DNA from: Gonapodya sp. JEL0774
Taxonomy: Eukaryota
Assembly: GCA_027604505.1 (NCBI GenBank)
Contig: JADIIX010000006.1
Coordinates: 186,001 to 250,000 of the forward strand
Length of the DNA: 64,000 nucleotides
Reading direction: 5' to 3'
Shown here: positions 1 through 13,100 of the stretch, one piece after another
Numbering within the stretch: the first letter of the stretch is position 1
How the letters are laid out: each line of letters opens with the position of its first letter
Notes under the pieces: model-generated
Seen by the model: the letters and a program-made list of their open reading frames with translations, nothing else
Database searches by the model: none
Told to the model about the DNA's origin: nothing
Position numbers and translations under genes: made by a program

Positions 1-3000
1 AAGACTGCACCATACTTCGAACGCTTCATTTTCAAGACGTCCCAAAATGCACGGAGACCCAACCTTCACGAGGATCTTCATCAGCTTTTCAGCAACATGT
101 AACTGGCATCTTGTTGCTCACCACTCAACATGGGACTCTGTGATTGTACAAACACAGCGATTTTCCCGAGCAATAACACTGTTGACACGATTCTTAAGGA
201 TTGCATACGAGAAGTGCACTGTGGTTTCAATAACACCTGTGTTGGGTAACGCAATTAATGACACTCTTCCCTTGGAAGACAGAATTTAAGCACAACCCAC
301 GCAATACAAATGCAAGGTTGATACACTTCATTTCTTTTAGAAAAGCGTGCATTTTAATCGCGGACAGCTTGAAGTTTTGGTACACATTAAGTAGAACCGT
401 GGATGGCGAGTTCAATGCGAAATCCAGAAACAGAGGATGGAACTTCGGCTTGACAGACCTCACACACAAAAAACACTTCAGAGTGAAAGTGATCACTACT
501 TTCGTCTCCAACTCACTGCAAAAGCTTATGTTGTAGGTTTTGGCCAGCTTTCCGCTGAGAGTCCATTGTCAAGTTTTCTCTCACGTCTACCACATAGCGT
601 AGCGATGTGGATAACACAAGCAATCAACGGTCAGGTCATGTTTCACTCACATGAGTTGGCATACCGTGTATAATCTGCCTTGACAACAAGGGTTCTTGTG
701 TGAACAAGAATTCCACACCAAGGAAACTCTGTTAACAGTGGGGACAATGTTACGAACATTATATCAGTCACAGAATTTCCACTGTTGGATAGATGGACTG
801 ATCCAATATCCGGCTATCTTACCCAGGGGGTTGCATTGTTCCTTAACACCTGTCGGGTTCCAGTCCTGAAGCTGTTTAAGTCGCTTGCCTTCAACCTCAA
901 TGTCAAAATTGACAAGAGTTTTCGATTTGTTAATGAAACAGCCGTATTCCGGGTGTCCTGTCCACTCAACGACAGTTTAGTATGTTTATTCTATAACGAG
1001 GAAAATGTAAAAAATTACCTTGATGCATCACCTCCAGAAACCTACTCGCCTTCTCTTTCGAGGTAGAGATATACAAGAAATCGTCAATGAGACGCAAGAG
1101 AACCTGCTCGGTACAACAGAGATCAGGCTGTCTTTCCGAGCTTTAATTTCGTGCACTCGCGAATTCTCACGCCATCATCTCCTGTAGTGAAGGACAAAAC
1201 ATTTCGCTCCAGATCACCATAGAAAAAGCTAAGAAGGGACATTAGAAATGAACGCTCATGGACTTCTTTGAAGATCTGCACTGACCTGCAGAGTAATGAT
1301 GACAGAACAGACCCCTGTGGTATCCCCACAATTTGGCGATAGAACTTCTTGCCCATCTTCACAATGTTGTTGCGGATATGTTCCTCAACGAGTTGAATGA
1401 GCTCATCACGAAGCTCGTACGGGTAAACGACCTGAGCCGTGAGCGCCGAAACGAACTTTGTAGAACTTGCAGACCCGATGTGCGGAAGCGTACGTACTTG
1501 ATCCACGAAAACTGCGTTCCTCAGTATTTGTGCCAGACCTGCAGAAAATTCTGAAAACTGCATAAAATCGTCTTGAGCAGAACAGCAAATGCGATGTTGT
1601 CAAATATGGCATGATCCGGGTAATCTGAAAGTAATGCGTACTGGCGTCACCGGCCTTCTTGACGTAGGTCTTCTTTATTTGACCAGCTGATGGGTAGATC
1701 ATGGAGTATTTCTGCACTATATACTCATCCTCCAGAGGAGATCAACCGACACGATACTGTACTCAAGCCGAAAACGGATTTTTCCTCACCAGTGTCAGAA
1801 TTTTGTTTAAGATTTCGAGAAGCTTTGTGTGTGTAAGGCTATCAAAAGCCGCTTTGACGTCCACCTTCGCGAAGAAGAGCTTCGGCAACTTGTGAGATGT
1901 ACCGCCTCCCGCGGCTTCTCTTTGAAGTCGTTGTCGGAAAGACTTAAGACTAGCGTAGATCTCGTTCATGCCAAGAACAGATCCCCCAAAGAGCTCCGGG
2001 TTGCGTGACTGTATTAACGTCGTCTGCAAGCCATTCGGGAGGAAAGCTCTGCGTAAACAAGTACCCACCTTTTCTAGAGTGAGCACGTGAAAGGCGTTCG
2101 ACATCGTTCCATTGACCGAAGATAATGACGGGAGTTTGGACGAAGGGGGACCGGCCGGGTACATAGTGGTCCTCTGCGAAGGCTTTTTGGGCATCAGGGC
2201 AGAGACGATTTCCTGCAAAAAGGGGGGGTGAATCCCAAAATATATGTCAAGGAAACCCCTGCTGGTAGCTCGAAACACCTTACTTCTCGAGTGAATTTGC
2301 GTTTCAGATTCATGATCGGTCTGGCACCCGACTCTTTTGGGAGCATCCTCACGAAAGAGAACCCAAACGACCTGTTGAATATTATGTTCCCTACTTCCGA
2401 CTAAGCAGGAAAAAACAACGCACTTCGCTAAAAAGCAGTTACAGTCAGCTTCCCAAATGGCGCGAGGGCACATACCAGTGATACTTCTTCGAAGTTGGTG
2501 GTGCCTAAGATCTCCATCAGCGGCTCCGCTAGTTTCTGCCAAGTATCGTGCCGAAAGTAGAACACACGGTTCTTCATCGGAGCAGATTCGGTGACATGAA
2601 AGGAGGTCTTCAGTCAAAATGGAAGAAATCAGAACTGCGTTTTTCGGAAACTGAGATCTGACTTTCACCCGAATGAGTGGCAATAGAAAGTGCTCGCCAA
2701 ACCACCACAAAAATTCGGTGAATAATTCCTTCCTCTTTTCAAAGTCTGTCAGCTGCGGGCGCGGCTGAGGTTTTTGGGGGGATAACCATACAACACTCAT
2801 TACCTGAGTCGATTGAGATAGGCTAAAGTTGATAGAACTGGGTAATCAGTTTTGAAGAATTAATGATAGCTCACCGAAAAGTCCTGAATGAGATCCTGGA
2901 GCGTGAGTGTCTCAAAACGCCTCAGCTGGACCATCTTCACAATAACTTAATGTTGGGACAACAGGGTCATGATTCTCACCAAGCGCAACTGCTGTTTCCG

Positions 3001-5785
3001 TGTGAAACTCACAACGTTCTATTACATGCCGGTTCGCATCTGTGCCCCATATCGTCTTGGGGAACACCTTATTGACTATCGCGCTCACGTACGCAACAAC
3101 CTAACGTCCCCCGAAACGGCCTCAGACATCACTACAAGACACGACGAGTCGTTGTCGCACACGGCACTTACCCGCCTGTACGGCACGGTATGCTGCAGCA
3201 AATCTACGCTGGACTGTGATTGGTGAGATGAGACCTGGGGCACCTGGAATGAAAAATCGGCTCAGATTCTCAAAACTTCGTTTGGTGAGACTCCACCACA
3301 TTCAACTGATGCGACGCACTTCCATATTGGGACAGTAAAACGCCATCAGAGCGCCGAAATTGCAGCCGTGAACGCCTCTTACGAGTCGTCCCACCATCTT
3401 TCCAAACACCTTCAATCTCCACGGGATTTTTCGCACTGCTATCGCAGTCACAGATTTCTGAGTAAGATGTGGTGCAACGTGTGGGTCAGCGGCCGCTGCA
3501 ATAAGTGCAGGGAGTGGAGTTCCGAGTGAATATGCGGTTTGTCTCGGAAATACCGAAGAGATGAGCGACCACTTGAGATGAGTGGGTTTCATACTTTGAG
3601 GATTGAGCCGGTTGAGAACGTCTGGAAGAGAGAGAAAATGTGGGATACCGTGAAGGCGAAGCGTTGATGAACTCGTAGGACCAGAAAGAGAACGCACGAT
3701 GCTTTGGAAGCCCCACTAAAATAGTTCCCTTGACACCTCTTGTCGGCCTGGCGTAAAAAATCCTCGAGCGGGCAAATGTAAGAGACGTTGTGATTCTTGC
3801 GTGTGCATTCCATTACGTGAGTGCAATGACGCTGAATTGGCTCATGACCAGGCTCAAAGCATTGCAGAGCTCACCCCATCTTCCGTGCACCAGCAAGCAA
3901 ATGTGCTTCATTTCCCTCGACTGTGCCAACTGCAACTCCCATCCGGGACAATCCCATTCCTCCATCAATTCCAAGATTCATTCTTGCCTCTGGCGCTGTC
4001 ACGAGATCTGTGCACAACTCTCCGTCTGATTCCGATGCTGAATCAATGTCCACGTATACAGATGAGGAAGCTGCCAATTCTAGTGATGCGTCGAAACCAT
4101 GTGCCGAGCCTAAGTATTTCCGATGACATTTGGGGGACTTCGGATTTTGTCCAGGTGCAGGTGTGGAGGGAGTCAGAGAGAGGGTTTGGACGGATGCGGA
4201 GGACATAGTCGAAGAAGAAGGCGGCACTTTGCCTTTGGGGGGGTGGCGCTTCCGCGATTTCTTTGTGTGTTTAGATGGAGGGAGGACATATTGGGTGGAG
4301 AGATCGACTAGGGTATCGACGGAAGGCTCTCCAGAAACCAGTGCTGCAGGATTCCCTGGTATTGTCCTCTTCTTCGCAGAAGTGCGGTTAGCGTTCTCCG
4401 TTGTCATTGATGCATCTCTCTTCCTCTTAAGACTCCGTGTCACTCCAGCGGCTTCATCCACACAGCCTTGTACACCCATACCCTTCTCCAGCGTTCCCTC
4501 GTCATTACAGTCCCACCGGCCACTAGCTCGTTCTATCATTTTCCTTCCCTCCATTCGAGCTATCTCTCCTTTTCTCTTACGGTTCTTCACAGCCACTGTG
4601 GCCGCACTAGCCAGTAACCAGTCCAACGTCACATCCCCAGTTCCTGGTCCCTTGATATGCCGCACGCCGGTGTTTCCAATTCCGGACTTCACGAATGAGT
4701 CCCGCGACAGCATGGCAGGCCGAGCGAGATCGGTAGCGGGAGGACCTACGATTCAGTTTGGATGAGATATTTGGAATCGTTAGCGGAGCGACAGTACGAG
4801 GTAGGTGGGGAAATGGGGCGAAGTTAGAAAAAATAGAGTAATATAGCTTAGAGTACTTCAAGGAGACAGAAAGATGATGCGGTTCTCGACGTCGCCCACT
4901 CGCAATCACCAGATTCTCCAGCAGCTCCGTCGATATTGTCGTTCCCGTTTATGGGCAAACTCACCTATCAGTTGGTAAAAGCAGCCATTAGGAAGGGGGA
5001 CGAACACGTACAGGGACGTGAGGAGCCATGTCATGAGCGCGTCCCCAGTGCTGCGGATGACGACGGGTAAATCCAAGTGTCAGTCAGCAGCATGTGGGCC
5101 CGCAGCATCTCAAAAAGCACACACCACATGAGCAGCGACTCCCAGGCAGGTCTCTTAACCTCATTAACAAGTGTGTTTGGAAAATGGTTCTCAACGCCGC
5201 GAGTGCCGGGCAGACAGTGTGTGGATTGGTCTCGGATCTTTTGAGAGGCGCGAGATGCAAGAAACCAAACCCACACAGACCAAACTACCTGAGCAAGCAT
5301 GAATAAGTGATGCATACCTATCTGGAACACACCTGCCTATACCCGAGAGAAAGAACGTTTGGCATGCCGGATCTGAGCATGCTCTCAATAGCTCGGTTGA
5401 CGAGCTGGGATACCACGTGAGAAAATGTTACATTGTTACCCTACTTTGTGGCTTTAACAACACCTACCTCGCCTTGTGTGAACTGGGATGGGCCGGGCTC
5501 TGGAGCTGGAGGCGGCATCCTCGCCATTGTTGTGGGTGATACAAGGGCGGTCGCCAGCAGGGCCGTAAAATTCCGCGGCTCGACATTCAGTGCAGGATTA
5601 TACTTGGTTGGTGCTTCCACCGATTGTGCATCGTCTTGAATCAATAGGGGATCGCGCTCGTCAGGAACATCCCCATCCATATGGGGTGCTTCAATGTCAC
5701 AGCCAATTTCTTTAAGAAATGTGCGCAGAGTAACAGGGGGTGGGGATACGAGGGAGGAAAGAACAACGGACGGAATGGTCATCAT
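1..5785 (-). CDS. TERT: Telomerase reverse transcriptase (multi-exon; C-terminus continues beyond window start)
   Basis: Spliced translation gives the TEN domain (NVLSLGY, NHFPNTLVNEVKRPAW), T motif (FHVTESAPMKNRVFYFRHDTW), motifs 1/2 (FVRMLPK..ARPIMNL), A (FAKVDVKAAFDSL), B' (YRQIVGIPQGSVLSSLLC), C (LLRLIDDFLYIS, ~1060-1104), D (HPEYGCFINKSKTLVNF), E (FPWCGILV) and CTE (WLGLRAFWDVL). Start codon approximate. Confidence 0.95.
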
Positions 5786-6292
5786 TCCATGACCTGGGGC
5801 TATCCAGCAGAATTGGTTCACGGTGGCTCGATGGGATGAGGGTGGACTATCCACACTAACTCTAACCCCCACCCTTTATTATCATACAAATTGGATCAAA
5901 GAACTCACTCGTTAGAGAGACATTATTTGTATGAGAATAGTAATGCAAATGATGCCCGAAATAGACCATGCTTGGGCACAAACAGTTGAACAGGGAGGGG
6001 TGTGGAAGGGCAATTACGTTAATTGAACAGATTTTCCCGTCGAATGGTCCTCTCCCATGAAGAGCTGTAATAACACTGTGAATTTAGTACTCCCAATAAC
6101 AATAAACGTGGCCATCCACAGAAGCCAAAAATTCAACGGGAAAATCTGTTGAATTAACGTAATTATGCAATGGGTTTCGCGTGTTGTCTCCCCAGAAAGC
6201 TGAACGATGTCGCGGCCCAAACTCCGGTCGGGAAACCAAGTTGTGAAGCCGATCAACATTCGGGAAACTTTCCTGCCCAGTTTCATTCGAAA

Positions 6293-9200
6293 ATGGCTGG
6301 TTTAATCCTAAACAATGCCCACAGCATCCTCATGGGATCATCAGTCGCAGCGACCGCAATCGCTGGAGGGGCCGCTCTTGGAGCTGCGGGGTTTATGTAC
6401 GCGGATGCAACGTGAGTGGACCGTTTGCTGCCCCATTACCAAGTTCTTGCGATCTGAGCATTCCAATCCTTACATAATCTTGCTACTCGCTCGCAGTTAC
6501 AACATCGTCGCAGATGTGAAGAGGTTCACGTGAGTTGGAGGGCATTTCCTCCATCTAATATGTTTATCACGATCGCCCATCTGTCATCTTCACAGTGGAG
6601 ATATTCTGGTTTACCGCCATGCCATGGGTCAACTAGCAAGTGGAAGAAACCATGGATTGTACACCTTTTTGGATACTGTCAACAGACTCCCCGACAAGAC
6701 GTGTATTCGCAACCACGATTTCCGCGAGTGGAGTTACAAAGGCAAGGCTTCCCGCAATTAATGTGGGACAATCGCGATGTATCTCACCACTTTACATTCA
6801 CCCGTCGTACAGAGTTCAACGCTATTACCACTCGACTCACTAACTATCTACTCTCAAAGGGCCATCTCAGCGGGGAGACGTGCGCCATCATGCTGGAAAA
6901 CAATGCCCAGCTTTGTATGGCTATGATCTCGTCCTTTAAGGGCAGACTCGCTATGGTGAGTTGGGTCGGTGGCCAGAAAGTCCAGTTATGTCAGCGGCAT
7001 TGTTCTCTTGATGAATAATAGGCTCCTCAAAATACAAACCTTCGTGGTGCTGCCTGTAAGTTTCTCGTTTCATGCACATCTTTCAATCACCACTAAATTC
7101 ATCGCTGATAATTTTGCGTACAAACATAATTCCCAGTGATCCACTGTATAAAAATCGCTGGCTCCACGTGTTTTATATTCGAGTCTGCCTTTGTCTCCGC
7201 TGTGAGGGAGATCGCTCCAGAATTAAGAACCTTGGGAGTGAAGCTTTACTTCTGGGCACAGGTCTGTGCACTCCCTGCTTGATTCGAAAGATATGCGCCG
7301 AGTTCCAAATTTTTCCGTGTCTTCCACCTCCATCACAGGCCGATGATGTTCCTGGACTCGCTGAAGAGACACCAGACTTCGCCGTGGATGGCGTAATCAG
7401 CGAGAAGAGGTTGAAGGAATTGGGTCCAGAGTTTAACTCGTTCGATGCAATCGCAAAGATAATGAAAGAGACCGTCCCCACAGACCCGGTGTGTGTTGTT
7501 TGTTTCCAATTGAATCCTTTTTGCAGGAGCTGGCACTGACGTTGTGCTCCTACGTTCTTCTCATTCTCGAATCCCAATTCATCTTTCCCACCTGTCTCCC
7601 CATCCTCTTTTGTGCCTAAATTCCTCCATCAATATAACCGAATTTGTGTTTGTTCTTTTTCACCGAAAGGCCTACATCATCTACACCAGCGGCACCACGG
7701 GGTTGCCCAAAGGCGGTCAGCGTGATCATTTTGCCCTTGTTGCTGCGACAGCAGCTACGAGCCCCATCTCGTGAGTGCCTTTGCCAACTTCTTGCCATCG
7801 AACTGTGGCATGATGTAAGCCTCACTTGACGGCCACGGGACTATCCTTGATTGTTTCCATCGATTTAAAAAAGCCGCCTGATGCCCTTGGAGGAGGATAC
7901 TCACCTCGCTGTGAGTCTCAAGTCATATATCTCTTCCACCCATCATATCAATACTAAGCTAAGAATCATGACTGATTAGGCCACTCCGCTCTACCATGCT
8001 CAAGCCTTTACACCCTTCTTCGTGAGTGTCGGCAATTTCGAGGTTTGTGATTGGGAATGACCATTCATTCCCACCGATTGGCTAGATTTGCATATCTAGG
8101 GGCGCGACCTTTGTGCCTCTACGAAAGTTCTCGGCCTCAAAGTTCTGGCAGCAGTGCAAAGATTACAAGGTACTGTGCGAACCCGCCCTCAAAGATGCTC
8201 GTTACCGATGGCTCTTCCTGGACATGCTCATGTCCCCACAGGTTACGACGTTTTGGTATCTTGGTGAACTTTGCCGTGTGAGTAGAATAATTTAGCATGA
8301 CAGTGGAATCCCCTGTTCAACCTATTGCATCGGCCCTTGAACTCCAGTATCTCCTTGCTCAACCGCCCAGTCCAGCAGATAAAAATCATTTTGTTCGCAA
8401 GGTCTGCGGGGCAGGGCTGCGCAAAGGTGACTGTTGATTTCCAGTTATCAGCGTGTTTGAGGTGTAATGTTCTCTTTCGTTGTCACTCCAGAAATTTTCA
8501 AGGGTATGTTGCTGCCCTTCCTTCGGCTCTCGCTTTCCATTGTTGAAATCTTGCGCGTGTTGCAGAGTTCTACGACAGATTTGGTCTCGAGACTATCACC
8601 GAGTTTTATGCCGCATCGGATGGGACCTCATACGTCGTAAACACATACCAAGGCGGCGTCGTCGGGATCGGGGCTATCGGTCGCCGTGGGCCAATCCAGA
8701 GGATTCTCCCTGGCCCTCGGCTCATCAAAGTTGATCCGGACACGGAGGAGCCAATAAGGGATCCAACGACTGGCTTGTGTGTGGAATGTGGGCCAGGTGA
8801 GCCTGGCGACTGTTTAGGACCGGTGGGTACTTGAACGAACGTAAACGTGGTCTTTTGCTCACGCAATCCTTTGGCAAGCGTAGTACAATGCTGAGGGCCC
8901 AGGCCAGCCGTCTTACAAAAATAACGCTGCTGCAACCAATAAAAAGGTCAGTCGTAGTTCGTGCTTGCGTACTGGTCACAAAGATTCATTGTGAACCCAC
9001 AAATTTGGATTAGATTGTTCGCGATGTCTTCAAAAAGGGTGACACTTGGTGGCGAATGGGTATGTTCCAATCGGCGATGCATGATTTTTGTGTTTGGCTT
9101 TATATAACCTACGACCGTGGATGTCAAGGGGATCTCGTGGTGCGCGACAACGACGGGTGGTACTGGTTCAGCGATCGCATCGGTGGGTTCTTGTAAACAC

Positions 9201-10127
9201 TTTAAATTTGTGTCCATTCTGTGTTGACTTTTGTTATACAGGTGACACATTCCGGTATGTGCTTTTTATGTATAAATCTTCAGCGCACGCAGCAGCTTTA
9301 CAAATCCACTGTCGTAGTTGGAAAGCGGAGAATGTTTCGACACAGGAAGTAGGGAACATGCTGGCCGAACTCAAGAGCATTCAGGTGAGTGTTCTTTCTG
9401 AGAACTCATTGATCCCATGTGTGCGCTCATTCTCAATGTTCCGAAGGAGGCAAATGTTTATGGTGCGATAATGAAACAGAAACTCTGCACACCAACATTA
9501 TCAACTGACATCAGGTGTCTGACGTGTACACAGGTGTCGCCGTTCCTGGCAACGACGGCAACGCCGGGATGGCGGCGCTTGTAATCCACGAGGATTACCG
9601 GAAAACTCCTATTGAAGCAGTCATGAAAGAGCTTGGTGAGCACGCGCTCAAAGTGCTACCACGATGTGGGTGTTTGTCGAAGTTTGAGGCTCACTGTCAC
9701 TCAGAACTTAAGTCTTCCGACTGAACTCGCGAGCAGATGCGGTGCCTGTCTTCGTGAGGATATTGCCGGTGATGGAAATCACCGTTACCTTCAAGCATCG
9801 GTAAGTGTCGTTGTTAGGTTCCTAAAGTATCATCGGCCTCCTGTTGACCTCTTCTGTTACCCCCTCACAGGAAAGTAGAGGTGAGGAATCGACAGAAGCA
9901 CTCACTTGAACTAAGAAGTTCGCCGACCGTATTAAACGTCATGCCCATCTCAGTATCGTAAGGAAAGTTTCCAAGCAGCTGACTTTTGGATGCCTCCAGG
10001 TGAGTTTCGGACTTTAATTATCACCCGAGTCACACTGATGTGTCATGTACCTCTAGGAAGCAACTCTTACATTCCGTGCACTGCCGCTGATAAGAGAAAA
10101 CTGTCTGCGGGACAAGCAAAACTATAA
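6293..10127 (+). CDS. FAT1: Fatty acid transport protein / very-long-chain acyl-CoA synthetase (FATP/Fat1 family)
   Basis: AMP-binding motif YIIYTSGTTGLPKG; PLYH; EFYAASDG; FATP signature GDL..DNDGWYWFSDRIGDTFRWKAENVSTQEV assembled across many short exons; C-terminus ...GQAKL*. Confidence 0.9.
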
Positions 10128-10172
10128 ATGTACTCAAAGAGTTTCGTATCTACAATTTTAGCTCTCAAACAT

Positions 10173-13100
10173 CTAAATAGATTCAGAGAAGTCCTGCTTC
10201 AGAATCCACCATCCCTTTCCACTTGCGTCTTTCTCCAGAGTTGCAAGCTCCTTTAGTATCTTCTTGAACGCCAGAACACCTTCGCCACCGCTGCCATCTG
10301 GAATTTTCGTCTTAAAGGCGTCTACAATGTCGGACGTGGCAACTCTCCCGCCACATCGCGTGATGTGGTCAGAAATCTCTTCCGCGAGATTTGCAAATGT
10401 CGCTCCACGAGAAGAGCCACCAAAATCGACGTCATTGGAGAAAGCACTATCTCCGATTTTGGGCTCTTGGAGGTTCGCCAAAATAGCAGTGGATGAAACT
10501 GTATCTGCCACAAAAGTGGAACCGATAATCATGTCCCCTGCCACCGCTTTCACACTGCCGTTCGTCAATCTCATGTTCAACCTGTTGCCAAATCGTTTGG
10601 GTGGCCTGTTCTGCCCAACGGGCCCTCCTGCTGCACCAAAGTTGCCCGTCCAAGTCGGTACTGATACATCCGCCCGTCGGCGCTGGCGTCTTGACTCTCT
10701 TAGAGCTGCGATCGCTCTTTCAGCGATTTTGGAAGCCTCCTTCTCTACGATGACATACTCCGGATTAGAGCTATCCATAATAACGTCGTGCTTGAGTGCA
10801 CTATGGACGCCAGTCCTCTCAAAGAGGCTCTTGAGAATGCGAGAATCCTCATCGGGTTCTCCGGATGTTCCGCGTTTGCCCTGGTTGGTCACCTTGCTTC
10901 CCTCACCAGCAGCTTCATCGACAGGGGAGCGATATTCCTCAGTCTTCTCGACATCGTTGATGTCATTCAATGTTCTCCCTGGTCTCCTTTTTGATCCTCT
11001 TTGCGAATTCGCTTTGTCTTTGGTCACTTCTATCTCGACATCCATATCCATGTCTCGAAAGAGTTCGCCCGTTTCCGTCTGTTTCTCTGTCCCCGATGAA
11101 AGGGAGAACAGGTCATGCAAGTCATTTGCCTTAAAAAAACGTCGCTGTTTGGGATCCTTAAGAATCTTATTGGTAAGAAACTGCTTGAAAATTTGCCTGA
11201 AGAAACATAATGATTAAATGTTTTTGAACGCCACATCAGGTGGTACTCACCTGTGGTAGATCTTTTCTTCAATCGTGCCAGACGTCATGAGTCGATATAT
11301 TGTCACTTCGCGCTTCTGCCCCAGCCGCCACGCCCGCTCTCTCGCCTGGACGTCAGTTGAGGGATTCTGAGGTGAGAGGAAAAGAGAGCATCCCCGATAG
11401 CATGAGGTACCTCTGAACTAAATCGCACGCACTAAAATGAAGCAACCCACCCAATCAGGATCGAATATGACGACCCTGTCCGCCCCAGTCAGATTTATCC
11501 CCAGTCCACCAACTTTTGTTGTCAGTAAAAATATGTAGATAGAATGGTCTGAGTTGAACTCATCAACTAGAGTCATTCGGTTCTTTATGGCTGTCTCGCC
11601 GTCCATCCGTCGATACTTGAATCCTATTTTATCACGAATATTCAATGATCGGTAAATTTCACTTCAGAGTTGTTGTGACCAACCTTGTCCTTTCACAAAT
11701 CGTTCCAAAATGTCGAGCATTTGCCTCGTCTGGCAAAACAAAAGCACCTTGTGATCCCCTTCTCTCCACATCTCCAGAAGCGCCTTGAGAACCTTCATTT
11801 TCCCGGACTTGCGAGAATCTCCAAACAATGAATCCTTCGCATACCAGAATAGTCAAAGTTATCGAAGATCAAAGCAAACAGTGTGGACTGTTACTTACCC
11901 CCGATTTTTCCTTTCTATCGATCAAATCTGGATGGTTGCAGATCTTTCGCAAATAGTCAATGCCGTACAAAACATGTTTTCTGCCTCCAAAGATCGCTTC
12001 TACTTCTTTGCTCCCCAGGAACTTCTTGTATGCGTCCCTCTGCTCCTCTGTCAATCTACAGAACAAAACCTGCTCACTTTTACCCGGTAGTTGGTGCGCT
12101 ACGTCGGCTTTCATTCTGCGAAGCATGTATGGTGCGATTAGGTCTCGAAGCACTGTCGCACAACGGTAAGCTGTTTGAACCTCCATGTTGCTAGCGTTGG
12201 CGTAACCACCGAGACGGATGGGGACAGAAAACTGAGACTGGAAGACCGGAAGGGTCTAGCGATGTTGTACCATTGGGAGACGTATGGGCACAACACCGAA
12301 AGCGTGGAACAAGACAAAACCCTCACCCACCCCAAGCCTTCCAGGGAAAACAAAGTCAAAGAGTGACCACAGTTCTGTTAGATTATTTTGGATTGGGGTT
12401 CCGCTTAAGATAAGCCTGTGCGGCGTCTGGTGGATGAAATGCGCAAATCGGTCGGTATGGTGTCATGACAGTATGCAACAGTAGAGAATGCTCTGACCCT
12501 CAGCTGCTTGCATACAAGCGTTATGTCCGCATCTGGATTTCGAATTTTATGCCCTTCGTCGAGCACCGCACAAGTCCATTCAATCGGCAAGAGAACGTCT
12601 CTGTGAATTTGAGCGCTTGTGTACGTTGTGACAAGGACATGACCTGGTACGCACAAGTGGCGATAACAGATGCAAGTCATTATTGTCAAAATGAAATAAC
12701 GGCCTCACATACCACGGTCCCGAATTCGTTCCACTAATGCAGCAACTTTCCCATTGACAATACCCCGCCCTTTCGCGAAGCCTTTTTTGGCCGCTCTCCT
12801 CCTGCCATTACTGTTTGCCTTATCACTCTCCTCTTCACTGAAAAAGTCGTCCTCCCCCAAACCACCTTCTCGTCCTCCGCTGCTTCCTTCCATGACGCTC
12901 CCACTGGCGTGCAACACTGCAACTCTCATGGGTGGCCACCATTTATGAAATTCTTGAACCCACTGTCGAAGCACAGTGGCGGGGCAGAGAACGAGCACGG
13001 GGCCATCCAAAAGCCTTGAGCGATGAAGAGAAGACAAGTGGGCAATAATTTGCTGATTGTGAAAGTGAGAATTGTGAAGTGGAAAATGGATGAGAGAAGA

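Noticed and set aside
1060..2800. Reverse transcriptase motifs as a retroelement or retron-like system
   Set aside because: The T motif, TEN and CTE domains and many spliceosomal introns identify ordinary TERT. No LTR, gag, endonuclease or target-site duplication is present.
5855..5873. Telomere-like CTAACTCTAACCC upstream of TERT
   Set aside because: Only two imperfect units; consistent with chance.
10264..11217. Long antisense ORFs (also 4130-4765, 58130-58555 and others)
   Set aside because: Shadow frames opposite real exons, with no independent protein features.
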